This document shows, piece by piece, positions 25,137-39,350 of a stretch of 64,000 nt of DNA. A program made the position numbers and the translations under genes. Source of the stretch: Ascidiella aspersa (lineage: Eukaryota); NCBI GenBank assembly GCA_963924565.1, contig OZ004613.1, positions 20,956,001 through 21,020,000 of the forward strand, given 5' to 3'. The notes under the pieces were generated by a model, which saw only the letters and a list, made by a program, of their open reading frames with translations, ran no database searches and was not told where the DNA came from. Position 1 is the first letter of the stretch. Each line of letters begins with the position of its first letter.

Positions 25137-25414
25137 CTTTAGTAAAATTTCGGATATACAAATACCAAAAGAAAAACGATTCGTTAAATAACATTACTTC
25201 ATTGGTCCGTATCAACATTTAGTAGTCAAAATACGTTCAGTACAACACTACAAAAACGCTATCACTACAAAACCGATCGGCATCGAAAGTTTGGAATAAA
25301 TACCTGTGCGGGAAAGAAAACCGTCCAGGTACATTTTTGTCACCCCTTCTCGCACTCACAACTACACTGGCTTTCTAAAAGTGGACGTATGATTGATGAC
25401 TCTCAGGAAAGTAA

Positions 25415-28400
25415 TCAGCAAGGCGTCGCCTGGCGCGAAAGGGTGCTTCGCATCAGGTTTTCGCTGGCAGGCGTCGAGCCGCTTTCCGGATATTCTGGCT
25501 TGCCGGCGCCGTACATGTCGGCCAGGCGCTGAAAGCGAGGTCCCCAGTCGCTCAGATGGTCGTAGTCCTGGGCGCTCTCCACCGAAGAAGTGCAAAGGCT
25601 GCTCAGGGAACCCGCTTCGGAGCCCGCTCCCTCGTAGGCGTAGATCTGCAAAGAGATTGGTTGAGTTTAGGATTTTAGAAGAGCGTTCTTTGTAAACTAA
25701 TTGCCGAGCGATAGACTTTTGCATTAATTCAGTGGTTCCCAACCAAGGGGTCCGTGTGCACTGAAAACTGATCAAACTTTTTAAATGTGTGCCAATAACT
25801 GCCGGACAATATTTCCTGTTGATGACAATTAAAATATGGTGGTATTTCATTTGAATGAAAAACAAATTTCTTCAAATTGAGATATTATTCCACAGTCCTA
25901 TTTTAAAGATTTAATTTGGTAGCTTAAGTATTTTAATTTGGGTGGCTTTAAAGTATGAATTAAAATTTATTTTCTAATTGACTTAAACCCTAATAAAATA
26001 TCCTCTTAGAGTAAGACAGTGTCGGTTCAACTTTTACGCATTGAATTTAATATAAAAGTTCAAAGACAGAAATCGCCAGGACAATTAACATGATATACGG
26101 CTTTATCGAAAACCTGACCACAGTTCTATGATTTGGTATGGTTATTTTTAAGTTGGTGTCCATAAGCTTGTTGTTTTTTTTTCAAAGTGGTCCGTGACTA
26201 AAAACGGTTTGGAACCACTGCAATAATAACTTAATGAACAATGCACTACAGTTACACCTATTTTCAAAATGCCTTATCTCAAAATTTGCTACTTTTTTAG
26301 ATTACCAACAATTGTTACAAAAATCATCCAAAATGTACAAATTAAAAAACGACAGGTTTGGCGATTTGAATTTCGGCGACAAACAAAGCTATATCCCCTC
26401 ATGATTACATCACCATATTAACCCCCAGTAGCTAGGTTCTGGAATTTACCTGGAGTGAGTCAAAGGCGAGTTTGGTGTCGTCATTGTCCTCCTCGGACTT
26501 ACGATCGTTGACGAACTCCCGGATGTCTTGACTAGGAACGGGGCGTCGTCGGGGCGTGGCTTGGTCGTAAGGTGGCAGAAGACTGACCTTGGTGGAAGGC
26601 GGGCTCGGGTGCCGGCTTTTCACTTGCGAGCTGAACAACGAAAAATGAAACATTAAGCTTTTTCGAAATTGGTGTGATTGCGTTTAAACCAGGGTTAAAT
26701 TATTGGAACATAATGGCCGGATGTTGTAGTTAGCGGTACAATGAACATAAAAGCCCTCACAGAAGAAGTAGGTAGAATATTTTAGAGGTTTCGAATAGAG
26801 AATTATATGAAAAATTATGGATTTGTAGCATAATGGTTGGAGGTTGTAGTAAGACGTAGGAGAATATCAAACCCAATACAGAAGTAGGTATCATTTTGGA
26901 CGTTTCGAATAACTCCTTATTTATTTTCAACGATGCTGTACATCGGTATGGGCTTTGATATTCTTATTACGAATTATGCCTTTGACACTCTGTTTTAAAC
27001 GGATTTGCTTAGATTTAAAATAAATAATAAAATAAAATTATTTTTCTGTGCGGTAGACAAAGAAGACGAAAGTATTTCAGCTAATTACAATAACAACTAT
27101 AAGGAGTTGATCACGACAGTCAGCACATACCCGGAAGAGCTGCTGCAGTAATCCCGCTGGAGGGCGCTGAGGTCGTAGGCGTTTGTGTCCTCCTCTCCCC
27201 CGCCCTCCTCGTCGTAGTGGATGATGTTCTCGCGGACTTCATCGTCGTCCAAAGAGCTCGCGCTTCCCTTGAGAAGAGCCTCGGCTCGGTGGCGCCTCCG
27301 GCGGCGAACGGCGAGCAGTGCGATAACTAGAACTGAAATAAAATGGCGGGCTATGAAAATAGGGTCAAGCGACACAAGGCTGATCTTAGGTATCAATATT
27401 TATTTTTGGGTATTAAAAATTTGGTGAATAAATAAAGGAATTAAACGATAGACAGCAACAATGTTTAAGGTAACAATATCTAAGGACAGAGGCAATATAA
27501 TCCGCCTAGTTTTCAATAAAGCTTTTTTAGGGAAAAACATGCCTTCAATTTTTTTTCTGTTATTTAAATAATTTAATAAATACATAACTCTCGTAAAGCA
27601 ACCTCACCTATACTGATATTTAAAGCTTCTTTTAAAACTACCAAACGCGGTATTATGTGTTTTTGAGATCCCGTTTTTGACACGGCTCGCCAAGACATTT
27701 TCTGTTTCTCATGCGGCCCGCTGTCAAAAATAATTTCCCACCCCTGCCCAAGGGTAACAAAATAAACGAGTCAATTTATCACTATTTCGGTGAGGGTTAA
27801 AGTACAATTTCTTTCATTTGTTTCACTATTATTTTTTTTCGTATGAATCACTGCACTGCGTAATTCTTGCAAGTAATACGTTTCATTATTTGGAAACAAC
27901 GAAGTGTAACGCAGGCGTTCACTTACCAAGCAAAATGAGGCAGGCCAAAAGCAGGAAAATCAAAACTTCAAGTTTGATGCCACCCACTGATGTCATGACG
28001 TTGCAAGCGGGTGTACCGTTGTCACCGCAGTGGCAAAAGCGCACTGTAAAATAACGTTCAAATTCAATAAAACACCAACTAAACGAGAAGACAAAAATGC
28101 ACGTGTTATACAATTGTATGACTTTTGAATAACAACTACGCTTGAGCAGTAGGTGCGCCAAACGTAATCTTTAAACATCGGAAAATCGAAAGAATTAAAC
28201 AGGCAGATAAAAATCGTATCTTTATTATAATTTATATGCTCATATTACCACAAAACATATTTACTATTTAACCGATCAAAATGAATCAAGTCGTACACAC
28301 TAGTGGTTGTCACAGAGTATGCTACTCAAATTACCTGTAATAATGTAACTGGCGTTCAGGCGAGGTTTTCCGCTGTCTTCAACCACAATAGGCAGCTGAT

Positions 28401-31400
28401 ACTTTTTGACGTTGTAGTACTTTCGCGTGGTAAACAGGGACCCACTGTCATCTTAAAACATTCAGATAACAAAAATAAAGATTTAAAATCCAGCGCCTCA
28501 TGAAAAAATGTATAATATGCTTGTTTGCGCATGCCATCGGGTATATGTGTCACCGTTTAAAAGGTAATTACCAAAATTACATTTTACCAGTTGCCCACAA
28601 ATAATTATTTCCACAAAATAATAGGAAATTTATGTATACGACTGTCTGATCACTGGCAGATCGAACAGGATAATTTGAGTTTCAAAAAAACCTTTTTACA
28701 TATTAAAATGTACAGATATTAAATTTCAACCTATACTTACCACCATTGCTGACGATTTTGAAATCGTTGTTTCTCTTTGGGAAATAAAACCGAAATGGAG
28801 CAGCGTTCTTTTCGGCATCAAGGTCAGTCATTCGCAGCTTAGGGTGTGCTTCCTGCAGTAATAAAAAGTTTACCGTGTTACTAATTTTATAATGCAATTA
28901 TAGAAAATAAAATTATTTTAATTTTATTTTTGAATATTGTAATTCGTGGATATGGCTAGATTTTTAGATTCGTTGTTTCAATTTTTTTAATATGTGAACT
29001 ACACTCTGTATCTTAATGCTTTTAAATCCTCACGTGACTGGTACTTCTTAATATGTTAAATGACCTGTTTGGTATTACTTAGTTTTACCAAAATACATTT
29101 TTCTAAATTTGACGTTTTTCTTGCCAATTTACCTGAACCGGGGAGTGGTGGTTGTCGCAAAAGTCGAAATTGAGTTCGTCGCCCTCTACCGGTTGCGGCG
29201 GATGGTCGTTAATATCCGCTAGGTGGATTACTACTTTGGCTTTGCTGATCGCAGCAATGCGGCCTGTAGTAGAGCAACAATATTGAGCAAAAATAAAACA
29301 TTTGGGGTATATAAAGCTGGGAAAAACAGAAGTCGAAAATAGGAATGTCTAAATTAGCGTATCGAAATTGATGTAAAGTAGAGAATTATTATCATTCGGT
29401 TTACATAGCGCAAAAAACAATCAGCGTTATTACACGCCCTTTTGCTTTACAGCCCAAAGTGGAAAATATGAAACGCGTAGAACACTCACCAGGCCTTCCG
29501 GCTTTAACCGTAACTTCGTACTTGGGAGAGGACTCACGATCGAGTGAAGCGGCAACTGATATCATTCCAGAGCTCGGCCCGATCACAAACTTGCCGCTGG
29601 GGTCTTCCATGTAGTATCTACGGAGCACAAAGTTTTTTTAAGAATAACCAGAGGAGGGGTTACTTTTGCCGAGCTTAAACTCATCACACTCACGGGTCAA
29701 AACGCACCATGAGAAGCGTCCGGCATTGTTTACCTTGCCGAAGATTTGTTGAAGTTTATGCTATTAAATAGACTGTTTTTTCACTTACGTAAAAGAGTCG
29801 CCTTCTGGATCAGCAGCCTTGACTGCTTCAATGGGAAAACCGACAATGGCGTTTTCTTTTACTGAGAAGAAAATAAAGGATTTAGATATAGCCACAACCT
29901 GCACTTAGCCACAATGTACTATATTTTTAACAACCATTTACTGATTAACCTTATTTGAAATAACTTTTATTCCCCCCAGAAAGTGCGACAAAATTGCACT
30001 TATTAACTTTAACTTATATCGCATAATACTTGGTTGTAAGTAACAATCACAATTGGTTGCCAATTTTAAATGCGGTTCACCACGTTAAAATAATGCTTGA
30101 CAACAAATTATATATTTAATCAGTTTATATCAGGGGTTGTTAAACTAGTAGTCATTTTTTTAACAAAAACAGTTGAATTAAAAATAACTCGGTTCTGCAC
30201 TGAATTTATAACCGAAATCAGCAGATTCATAAAGTTTATTTGTATTTATGACGTTTTTATGACGTTATGTTTGATATTTCTTATCTACTGTGGACTGTGG
30301 TCCACGCCTAACCAACCAAAAAAATTAGGGGTCCGCGGTAAAAAAAGTTCAAGAACCTCTGGTTTTATGCTAAACACCGCTTCTGTTAATGTTGCTTAAA
30401 CATCACATATCAACTCACCAGTGAACTCGTACAATTGTTTGTCGAACTCGGGCGGCTCGTCGACGTCCGTTACCCTGACAACGACCTTGGCCTCGTCCTC
30501 CATGGATCCGTGGTAGTTGGGATTTAAGTCGGTGTTGACTACCTTGACGCGGAAGTGGTAGTGGTGGTCGTTCGGCGCCGTCTCGTAATCCAAACGCTGG
30601 AAACATGGCCTAGTGTTACTTTGTAAACAATCTTAGCGCTCTTAAAGCCGCCCAGTTTAACGCACGTTTTTTATGTCTTTTTTTCGGGGGGGGGGGATTA
30701 ATTTCTTCTGTTGTGGTTGACATGCAATCAAGATATAAAGGCGGCGGTACAACAACCTAACATTACAAGTTGATGACAAACAGTGCTACGGCCGTGACGG
30801 GTTGGTTTGGAGTATTTTATTGAAACATATACCATACAAAAATATTGAAAATTGACTATTTTGCAGACTAAATGTGACATTTCCGCTAAAGTGATAAGTA
30901 TTCGTCGTCCTGTTTAATTCAATTCATAGAGAGGTGCAGTAATATGCATCATCCTGTTTAATGTGATTGTTGGGGAGAACCACAAATACGAAAACGGCCA
31001 GACGCCGGGATCAAACACCAAGTCTCGACCGAAGTTTGGTTCGTTTAAAATACAACAGGACAAATAAATTTAAGCGTTCATGCATGTCGTAAACCTTGAA
31101 CTGTGACTGACAATTAAATCACTGCTTAGCCCACCTTGTTGACTTTAATGACGCCTTTGTTGCCGACTGTGGCCACTCGGAATTTGTCCGAATCCTTTCC
31201 GTCCACGATCGAGTAAGTCGAACGTCGATTCAGTCCAAGGTCCGCGTCCTGAATTGATACGTCCATAACACGTGATCCGATATCTGCAAGGACATAAACG
31301 GCTTGCTCATTAAATGTTTAAAGGAAAATGTTTTAGTTGTTGAAAATGATACTTTTATACAAACGTCCTCAAGGGGCAACAATCTATTTGCTTTTGTATG

Positions 31401-34400
31401 GACTGCGTACTAATAGCTTTCTTTGCACTGAGTAGTGATGCTAATTTTAGGCCATTTAAACGGGTTTTTCATCATATGAATAAAGGAAAGGTTTTTGATT
31501 GTCGAAAATGATTCTTTAAGACATGACCTTGCAAGGGGCAACAATCCATTGGATTTTGTATGCACTTCGTATTAATAGCTTTGTATGCACTGAGTATTAA
31601 TTTTAACTTTAGGCCATTTTAAATTGAGTTGAATTATTCTACGATAAAGCGAGTTTAATTACTTGTTATGTCGATTTACTGTAACGTGAAGATATCTACA
31701 AGTACCACAAACGCATTTTAGTCATTATATTTTGTTTTGGCATTTTCTAAAAACTATGCGAACACAAAACACCCTTCAGATAATTTTGACTACTTTATAA
31801 AAAACGGTTTATTCTTACCAGCGTCTTCGCGCACTGATGCGGTGTAGGGCAAGTTGACAAACATGGGAGGGTTGTCATTAACGTCAATCACCGCCACCGT
31901 CAGCATCGTGGTATCGGAGAAGAAGAGACGGGCGTTGGGCGAATCCCGCACCTATGATGAAACAAAGCGGTACATTTGATAACATTACTTTTTAGGCGGC
32001 ATTTGTACAGTAAAGTTTCGTGCGTGTGATTCTTAAACTAGCGAACTTTTAAATATAATCAAGTGGGTCGCAGTATTTTTTTTTTTATTTTAGAAAACAA
32101 ATTTTCGTATTGCAAATTAACGCACAGGCAAGCTTGTCAGACTTGAATGCAAGTCTTTTGGACGTCTGATAGTATGATTGTATTTAACTTTAGCATTTCC
32201 GCGGGTAAGGTTAATTGTTAATATATGGGTGTGCTTGTAATGCCTTTTAAAAAAGTGTGGCGCGATTGGTTTTAAATTTTCTTAGTATGCCACAAGCATA
32301 AGAAGCTTACCAAACCCTGGTTAAAACATTTACAAATATTTGGTTTTGCGTTTTACATTGGTGCCTTTATATTTCGTGGAATTAAATGCAGACACAACCC
32401 AACCTGTCTAAAAATATCAACAAAAAAAAATGCCTGTTATCGCGTATGATTCTATCGGAGTTGTCTATTTTATAGTATACATTAGGGCAGTGGTTCTCAA
32501 CCGTGGTGGCGCCTTGGTGTGCCATTTGGCGATAGGTATTAAAGAATTTTTACGAATCTGATTTTTGCTCAAATGGTAAGCTTCTTGATACAACTATTTT
32601 TGTACGATTATAGACTATTATATATCAAATGACATTTTCTACATGTTTTAAGTTGATTGTGTTGTTCCAGTTCCCTTTAAAGTAACATTTCAGTGAAATT
32701 CTCAACGAAAATTTCAGTCGGGGCGCCGAAAATCAATTTACTATTTTTAAAGGATGCCGTAAGCCATAAAAAGTTGATAATCACTGCATTAGGGGTACAA
32801 AACATCAGCATTGGGCTCGCAATTTAAGCAAACAAATTTCCTTGACTTTTCGTGAGCGCAGAACTCTCCGACATACCTGGATGATGAGGGTATAGTTGTC
32901 GGCCTGCTCGCGGTCCAGGATGGCCGAGGTGCGAACTTGTCCAGTTTCCTGGTGGATGGCGAACTTGCCGCGTCCGGTTCCGTTGATGATCGAGTAACGC
33001 AGTTGACCGTAGGGTTGGGTCGGATCATCCAAGTCGTACGCCTTTATGTCCATCACCACGGTACCTGCAGAAAAAAATGGGACAGTTGAGGGTGATTGTC
33101 CAACACATTGCGAGATTTTTTTACAGCTACGACCGCTTTTTGTATAATTATATCTATTTGGCCTTCAAAGGCAGTTCCTGTGTAAGGCAGTTTCATGTGT
33201 AAGGCAGCTAATAACAACGTTTAAAATTAGAACCCAATTAAAAAAAGGTGGCAACGACGGCATATTAACTCCACCAACAGTGATCTTCCAACTCTATTTA
33301 CTTTACTCTGAATTTAAAGGAGTATATACAAAATCTCCAAAATATTCCAGGGCTTATGTCTAACAGTTTAAGTTAAGTAACATATGGTATTTCGATACTA
33401 ATTTGACAATTGTTGCGTATCTGGTAGTTTGGCATAATGCATTTATTAGTTTAACTGGCCGCCAATAAACCTCAATCAAGCTGAAACACTTTAGGAAGTA
33501 AGGCATCTCCCACAGACAATAAAGTGTAAAAGAAAGTTTCTTGTTTTCGCATCAGATGATCTTAAGACTGTTTATTAAAACGGAACTAAAACAAAAAATC
33601 CTTTCTTAAATTTTGTCAGAAACGAACCCCTTATAGAAATGATTTAAAATTTTATCTGCTTTTATAAACAGTCTCATCAAACTTCAATTAGGTAAGACAT
33701 TGCGCAGTCACTCACCAATGGGAGAGCGTTCATCGACAGTGGCGAATTTAACACCTGGCGGAAATTTTGGATCGTTGTCGTTGACATCCACAACGTTAAT
33801 GGTGATGTTGCTCGGGGGCTCCACCTCGCGGCCCTCCAAGTCCTTGGCCCTCACCTTCACAAAAGGAAGCACTTGCGTCAAATCGACTAATGGCACCACT
33901 AACGATGAAACAGACTGTTCTAGTTTTAACTTGGTTTACGAATTTAAAGTAACCTGAAACCTAACAAACATGGCCGGAGTTGTAAAAAAAGAAGGCGTAG
34001 CACTGAATATGTGATAGTGGAAATCTGCTTAACACCTAAATGTCGACCCTAATTCCTGATCAGTAATAGCAGAATAGTCTAACAAAGCTAATAATTTAGG
34101 GCAGAAACTGTTTATAGATGTGGCTGGCGATATATATATATTATATATCTTTTAGCATCAATGCAAAGTGTCCGACCTAAATTACTAACTTTGCTAGAGT
34201 ATTCTGCTATTAATAGAAGAAGAGGCTGGCATATATTATATAGACAACAATTACCTTACAGTGCTTTTTATAGATGATTCCTAATAATATACAACAGTAA
34301 GTATAACCTATTTAATTCTATTTATTAGCAAAAGCGTTTTGTATATAGCTCAGATTTCAACTAAGGCCCATATTAAAATATTAAAATTATCTTGGAACGC

Positions 34401-37400
34401 TGTCTGTTTATCTCGCCATTGAACAGATTAAAATGCAGAAAGCGAGGTACTTTGGTGTCGGGATTAGCTCGGCCAATAGGGTCGCGGGCGGGAAACGACC
34501 GCATTTTTGCAATTATTCGCGGATGATGGGCAGCGGAAAAGCAATAAGCCGGCTCGCTTTAATCAATACATTCTTAAGGGGTGAGAAGATTTGGCTCCCG
34601 TCAAGTCAAGTGGGCGTTTTAATGAAGAAAGGCGATAGGATTTGTGCGATCTGTTGGAATCCAATAACGATTCGGGCATCGGCGACTGGTGGTATAGGAA
34701 AGTTTTATAATTTGCAAGCGAAGGGAGGGGTTGTGAATTTTTTTTTACTTTGTTTGAGACTTAACAGCACTTAATCAGGATAAATCGAAACCGACGCAAG
34801 CAACTCCATTTTATGTAGCATAATGTAAGTTCCATTTTATATTTTCATTTTGAAAACGAACAAAAAACAGCGTCGTGATGAGCTACCAAATAATCGCGAA
34901 TAATAGAGATCTTGCCCAGTACAGACAAAATCTCGTTAATGTAGGTCAAAGAAAAGTTAGCTATGGAAATTCTACCGGGCCATTCCGTATTTACAGCAGG
35001 ACAGTGCGTTTGCGCTGACCCAAATGGCACTTGCTCGCTAGTAGGCCGGTTTCTCTGGCCACTTAAACGATGATCTGGTAAGTTTTTAAAGAGTTCCTCT
35101 TACCCTGTTTCGTGCTGACTGCTTTTAAAATATTTGACCCTGTTTGGTAGTTGCCCAAGTAAAGAGTTCATAATTGGAAAGTACAAAATATCATTTTCTT
35201 ATCCGTTTAGTGGGCCAGTCCCAGTCGTAAAATATTTAGCGGACACAAACAGATCGTGTTTGCAAATTTGTGCGTTCACGTATAAAGGCTAGCGGTGCTT
35301 TTCGAAAGTGCCATGTAAAGCGGTCAACGACGATGGATCAAAAGACTTTTGCCACTTGACCGCAATTCGCGTTTAACAAGTGCGGGTTGATGATCGAAGA
35401 ACGAGAATTGAAGACGCCATTATGACGGTTGGTTGGGCAAAAACGGCCCCGTTGTCTGACAGCTGTTAGCTAATACGGTGTAATACACACTAGAGCGATT
35501 TTTCGCAAAAGCGTGTTTTTTCGTTATTTTTGTATACACGTAATGGAAACTTCAGCTAAACATTTTTACTTAGATTGTAAAAGTCGGGAGACCCGGGGAT
35601 ATATAGAAAAAGTATAATTAAAATACATAATTATTTAAAATTCTCACGCTAAAATTTTTCACTTCAAGAATGTATATATTTTAAATAATATTTTACGTTG
35701 AAGCCCTCAATTTATATCACCACCGATATTGTAATTAACGTTAAAAAAATCAACGTTTTTACAGCTAGTTTTCTAGCATTGGCAATTTAAACGTAATATA
35801 CCGGTATCAAAAAAACAAGTTCAATGTGTTTTGGTAAATTGAAATTTCGCAGTTATATTAGGTTGGAGAGCGCTGTCGTTCACCGTTCATCAGCTGTCGT
35901 CAAACTAAATTAGTTCGGGCCTGCTTTTCGATTTTTCTTTCAAGAAAATCGTGTCCTTGGACGTAACATTGCATCGACCTGGGATAACCTTATGAATATT
36001 TACGGCGCTCGAAGGCTTGGGTCATTAAATACTAATAAGATGTGCTAGCCCGGGCGTAAGAAGTTGTAATTTCTTCGAATGAAATTGTTTTAAAAAATCT
36101 GCTCGCACAATCAAATGTGCACTGTGGTCTTTATTTGGCCTATACTGGGTTACCAACAGTACGAGGCGCTGTGTTTAGACCAGCGGTTTCCAAACTTTTC
36201 AAAATGATTTGCTTGGTGGACCCTTTGCAATTATTTTGGTACTTCGGGGCCCTATAAAAAGTCAGTTGACCCATGTTTCTTGCAGTACACTAGTGCAGTC
36301 ATGATTCTTTTAATGTAAATCATTCTTACTAATGCGAACGATTCGCTGATAGGAGGTAGTACAGCATAACAGATGGGCTTTATGTCGCAAGAGACATAAT
36401 AAAACATGCTATATTAACAAATAATAAAGCATAACTAAAGACTAATAATAATGACAGATATTGTTTAGAACATAGACTAATATTAAAAATATTCGCTAAA
36501 GCCTAATGTTTAAAAACTTAAAGACTAATTCTCATTGCGGACCCTCTTAATATGCTGTACGGGCCACAGTTGGTCCGCGGATCCCAGATTGAGAACCGCT
36601 GGTTTAGCCGGATCAGCAGAAATAACACTCTCATAAAAAGTGACCAACGTACCATGAAGTGATAGGAACTTTTTGATTCCCTGTCGAGTTTGGTCTGGGC
36701 GTAGAGTCTCCCTGATATCGGCTCGATTGTAAACAGCGAGCCGGCTCCAGGTCCCGTGATGGAGTACATGACGCTGTTTGTGTAGTTGTCAAATGACGAA
36801 TGGAGCTATAACGCAAGAGAAAAAATATTTATATTAGATTATTTATCTAGTAAACAATTTTGGATCGGTGGTTAGCCTACTTGCAGTTGCAACTATCTAT
36901 ATATATCGTCGGATATCGAAAAAAATGTTCAAGGGCAACTTTACACAATTGTATTTAGTTTCAAAAATCTGGTGTAGCTAAACAATATTTCTTGTGTGCA
37001 TTGTTATATCACTCAGTTGTCCATAACCTTGTAATGTAAAATATATACACTATACAGCAAGCAATAAATTACAGCGACAAGCCATTTAGATCAGCGGCAA
37101 GACATTTACGTAAAAAGTGCTTATCAAGCTTCAACATTTTGTCTTATTCAAATCCAAAGAAAAACTTTTTTTGTCTCTTTACACATTCTATCACAATAAA
37201 AATTACTAGTCCTAAATGAAAATAAGTTGATCGATATGAAGCCATTTAAGTTTGGTTGATTTTACATTCGCAAACATTGGTAAAAATTACCGTTGAAACA
37301 TATGTAGGTGGATTGCTTTGCTCCTCTGTGACCGTATATGTTCTAAAGTCCCATCGTTTTCTGCGACTCAAGATCTTGCCTGGCGTAAGGCTGAGCTTTC

Positions 37401-37572
37401 CTTCCACGGACACAGCCTTCGGACCTTGTTTCTTCGATAGGAGTTTGTCGTGGATGACGTTTCTTGTAAGTCGATGAATTAATTCGCCTTGTTCGCTTGC
37501 TGTCGAACTGAGCGCAGATTGTAGATACGTGACAAACACTATTAGGCCTACTGCCTTTGCTAGATGCAACAT
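25415..37572 (-). CDS. Classical cadherin (type II-like; 5 EC repeats, TM, catenin-binding cytoplasmic domain), 16 exons, ~837 aa
   Basis: Minus-strand exons 37572-37291, 36805-36653, 33854-33716, 33064-32877, 31951-31819, 31283-31135, 30596-30419, 29861-29789, 29617-29490, 29263-29133, 28852-28741, 28451-28335, 28043-27927, 27332-27131, 26630-26450, 25645-25415 (2514 nt). Motifs: signal peptide, short prodomain ending [21 protein letters not shown] and DVNDNPPMF Ca-binding linkers, [26 protein letters not shown], p120 site [17 protein letters not shown], beta-catenin site [21 protein letters not shown]...[16 protein letters not shown]. Confidence 0.95.
25730..26220. mobile_element. hAT-type MITE
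   Basis: TIRs cagtggttcccaacc / ggtttggaaccactg; degenerate TSD cattaatt / caataata. Confidence 0.75.
30131..30361. mobile_element. hAT-type MITE
   Basis: TIRs caggggttgttaaact / agttcaagaacctctg; degenerate TSD gtttatat / gttttatg. Confidence 0.65.
31370..31619 (+). repeat. Degenerate tandem duplication (~162-bp period) in a cadherin intron
   Basis: caaggggcaacaatc...tgcactgagta...ttttaggccattt occurs at ~31370-31457 and ~31532-31619. Confidence 0.7.
32488..32786. mobile_element. hAT-type MITE
   Basis: TIRs cagtggttctcaac / gttgataatcactg; perfect TSD cattaggg on both sides. Confidence 0.85.
34037..34212. mobile_element. Second, more decayed copy of the 4389-4632 fold-back element, in cadherin intron 2
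   Basis: Same start (taaatgtcgacc-taattcctgatcagtaa), same inverted arm (gacctaaattactaactttgctagagtattctgctatta) and a central ggcga(TA)n remnant. Confidence 0.6.
36181..36601. mobile_element. hAT-type MITE
   Basis: TIRs cagcggtttccaa / ttgagaaccgctg; TSD gtttagac / gtttagcc. Confidence 0.8.
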
Positions 37573-39350
37573 TACTTTTGTTTTTGGCTGAAAAAGCTGA
37601 AAAAACAAGTACAAGATTCGTTTATCGTGGGAACAGAGCGCTGGGGAAACTTTGGAATTCAATCCTTTTGTAAGTTGGAAACTGTCAACATCAGCGGTGT
37701 CTCGGAACGCGGGCAATTTACGTATTGCCAAAATCCAACGCGCTTTTCTAAAAGCGCTTCTGTTACGCAAGTCTCGTTTTAAGTGTCGCGAATTTGGCGC
37801 CGAGTGCCGGAAACTTAATCGACAGTTTGTTTGGTAGAAAATAAATAAAGCAAAAACAACAACTGCTATTAAAGTAGAATAAAGCGGCATTGTCAAACAT
37901 CAAGATAAAACAAGGTAGGCTAGTACGGCAAAGCAGCATTAATACATTATCTCACGAACCCTAAAACAGTTAGTTTACTTTAGCATCGTGGGTTACAGGA
38001 ACGTTTTCAAAACACATGCCCTTGTGCTTCCCAAGGTGTAACTTTCTATGGGAACTTAGCTCTAGCCGGCGGCTAAGCGTCTAAGTTGGCGCTGAACCAA
38101 AACCCCAGTTGCGTAATGACTACCCGGCGTTAAATTCTAACTAAATACTACAGAATGATCTGCAACATGGTAAGAAGTCTTTTTAAAACGTAAAATACCA
38201 CAGAATTACCTGCAACCAAAAGGTTTGCTTAACTCGAAAATTAGCGGTATATTTCATCCCTTACCACTCAGTTGTCTGTTAATCAGTGAGATGCTCAACA
38301 GCCACTGCTTCCTAAGATCACATTTAACGTTGCACAACGCTGACCCATAAATCAGTCTAAAAAATAAAATCCCCCTACTTCCTCTGTACAGTACGCTTAA
38401 ATCGTCAAGTGAATTATTCACAACTAAGTGCAAACTGGCAATAAAGCGCCACTAAGCTGTCCTCATCCGACCCGAAGGCTGGCAATGAGAGTCTGTGCCA
38501 CCAGAACAAGTTCGTCGCGTCACTGCACTGGTGACGTCATGCTGTGCTGACCTCACGCCCTGACCCAGTTACGCGACGTAAGATGGCGACCAAACAACCG
38601 CAATTGTAGCGACTGTATTTGTGGTGGACTTCCAGCCGCGCGTGCTGCACCAATCAACTACGTGTTTATTTGCTTGTCAAACAACGACAAAGCCGCAATC
38701 TGGTCGCGCGACTAATTTTCCGCATTAAGGTCGCATAGTTTTTTTACTAAAAGTTTTACAGTTGATATATCCCGTTTTGGCAAAAAACGAATAGCGCTTA
38801 ATGAAAGCAGCGAAAATAAAACAATCTTCACAATTTTTGTAAAAATACCTCAGGCATTGAATCGTAACATAAGTTTCAAATAGAAAAGCATATTTCGCAA
38901 GAGGTTCATATAATGCCATTTTCTTTTACCAGGTCTTGCGACTTTTACAACGAGCATGTGGTACATTTAAAGCATTCGCTGGTGGACGTGTGCCAGGATT
39001 AATATATTTAACGTTTTAAAATAAGACAATGCAAGGTTTTCCGACCAATACAGACTCGCATCCTGTTTCTTGACAACTGCACATGGCATGTTGACCGCGT
39101 CTGGCCAGAGAATTTGCCGTTATTGTAGCTTAGTGGCGACTCAACAATGGTTATACAATGTATCAAGTACAAATGCAAAACATCACACGCCGACCGAACA
39201 ACAGCCTAAAATTTGGGAAAAAATCATTCATTCAAAAACAACTATTGCTATCCCCCTATTTTTAAGGTAACGTAATCAACACAAAAACACTATCACCTGC
39301 GACTGTCACGCACCTATCCTGCAACCAAGCACAAAACACCCCTTTCTAAC

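Noticed and set aside
33850-33862. Non-canonical splice acceptors in the cadherin (also at 28452)
   Set aside because: They are AAG acceptors, uncommon but still canonical AG.
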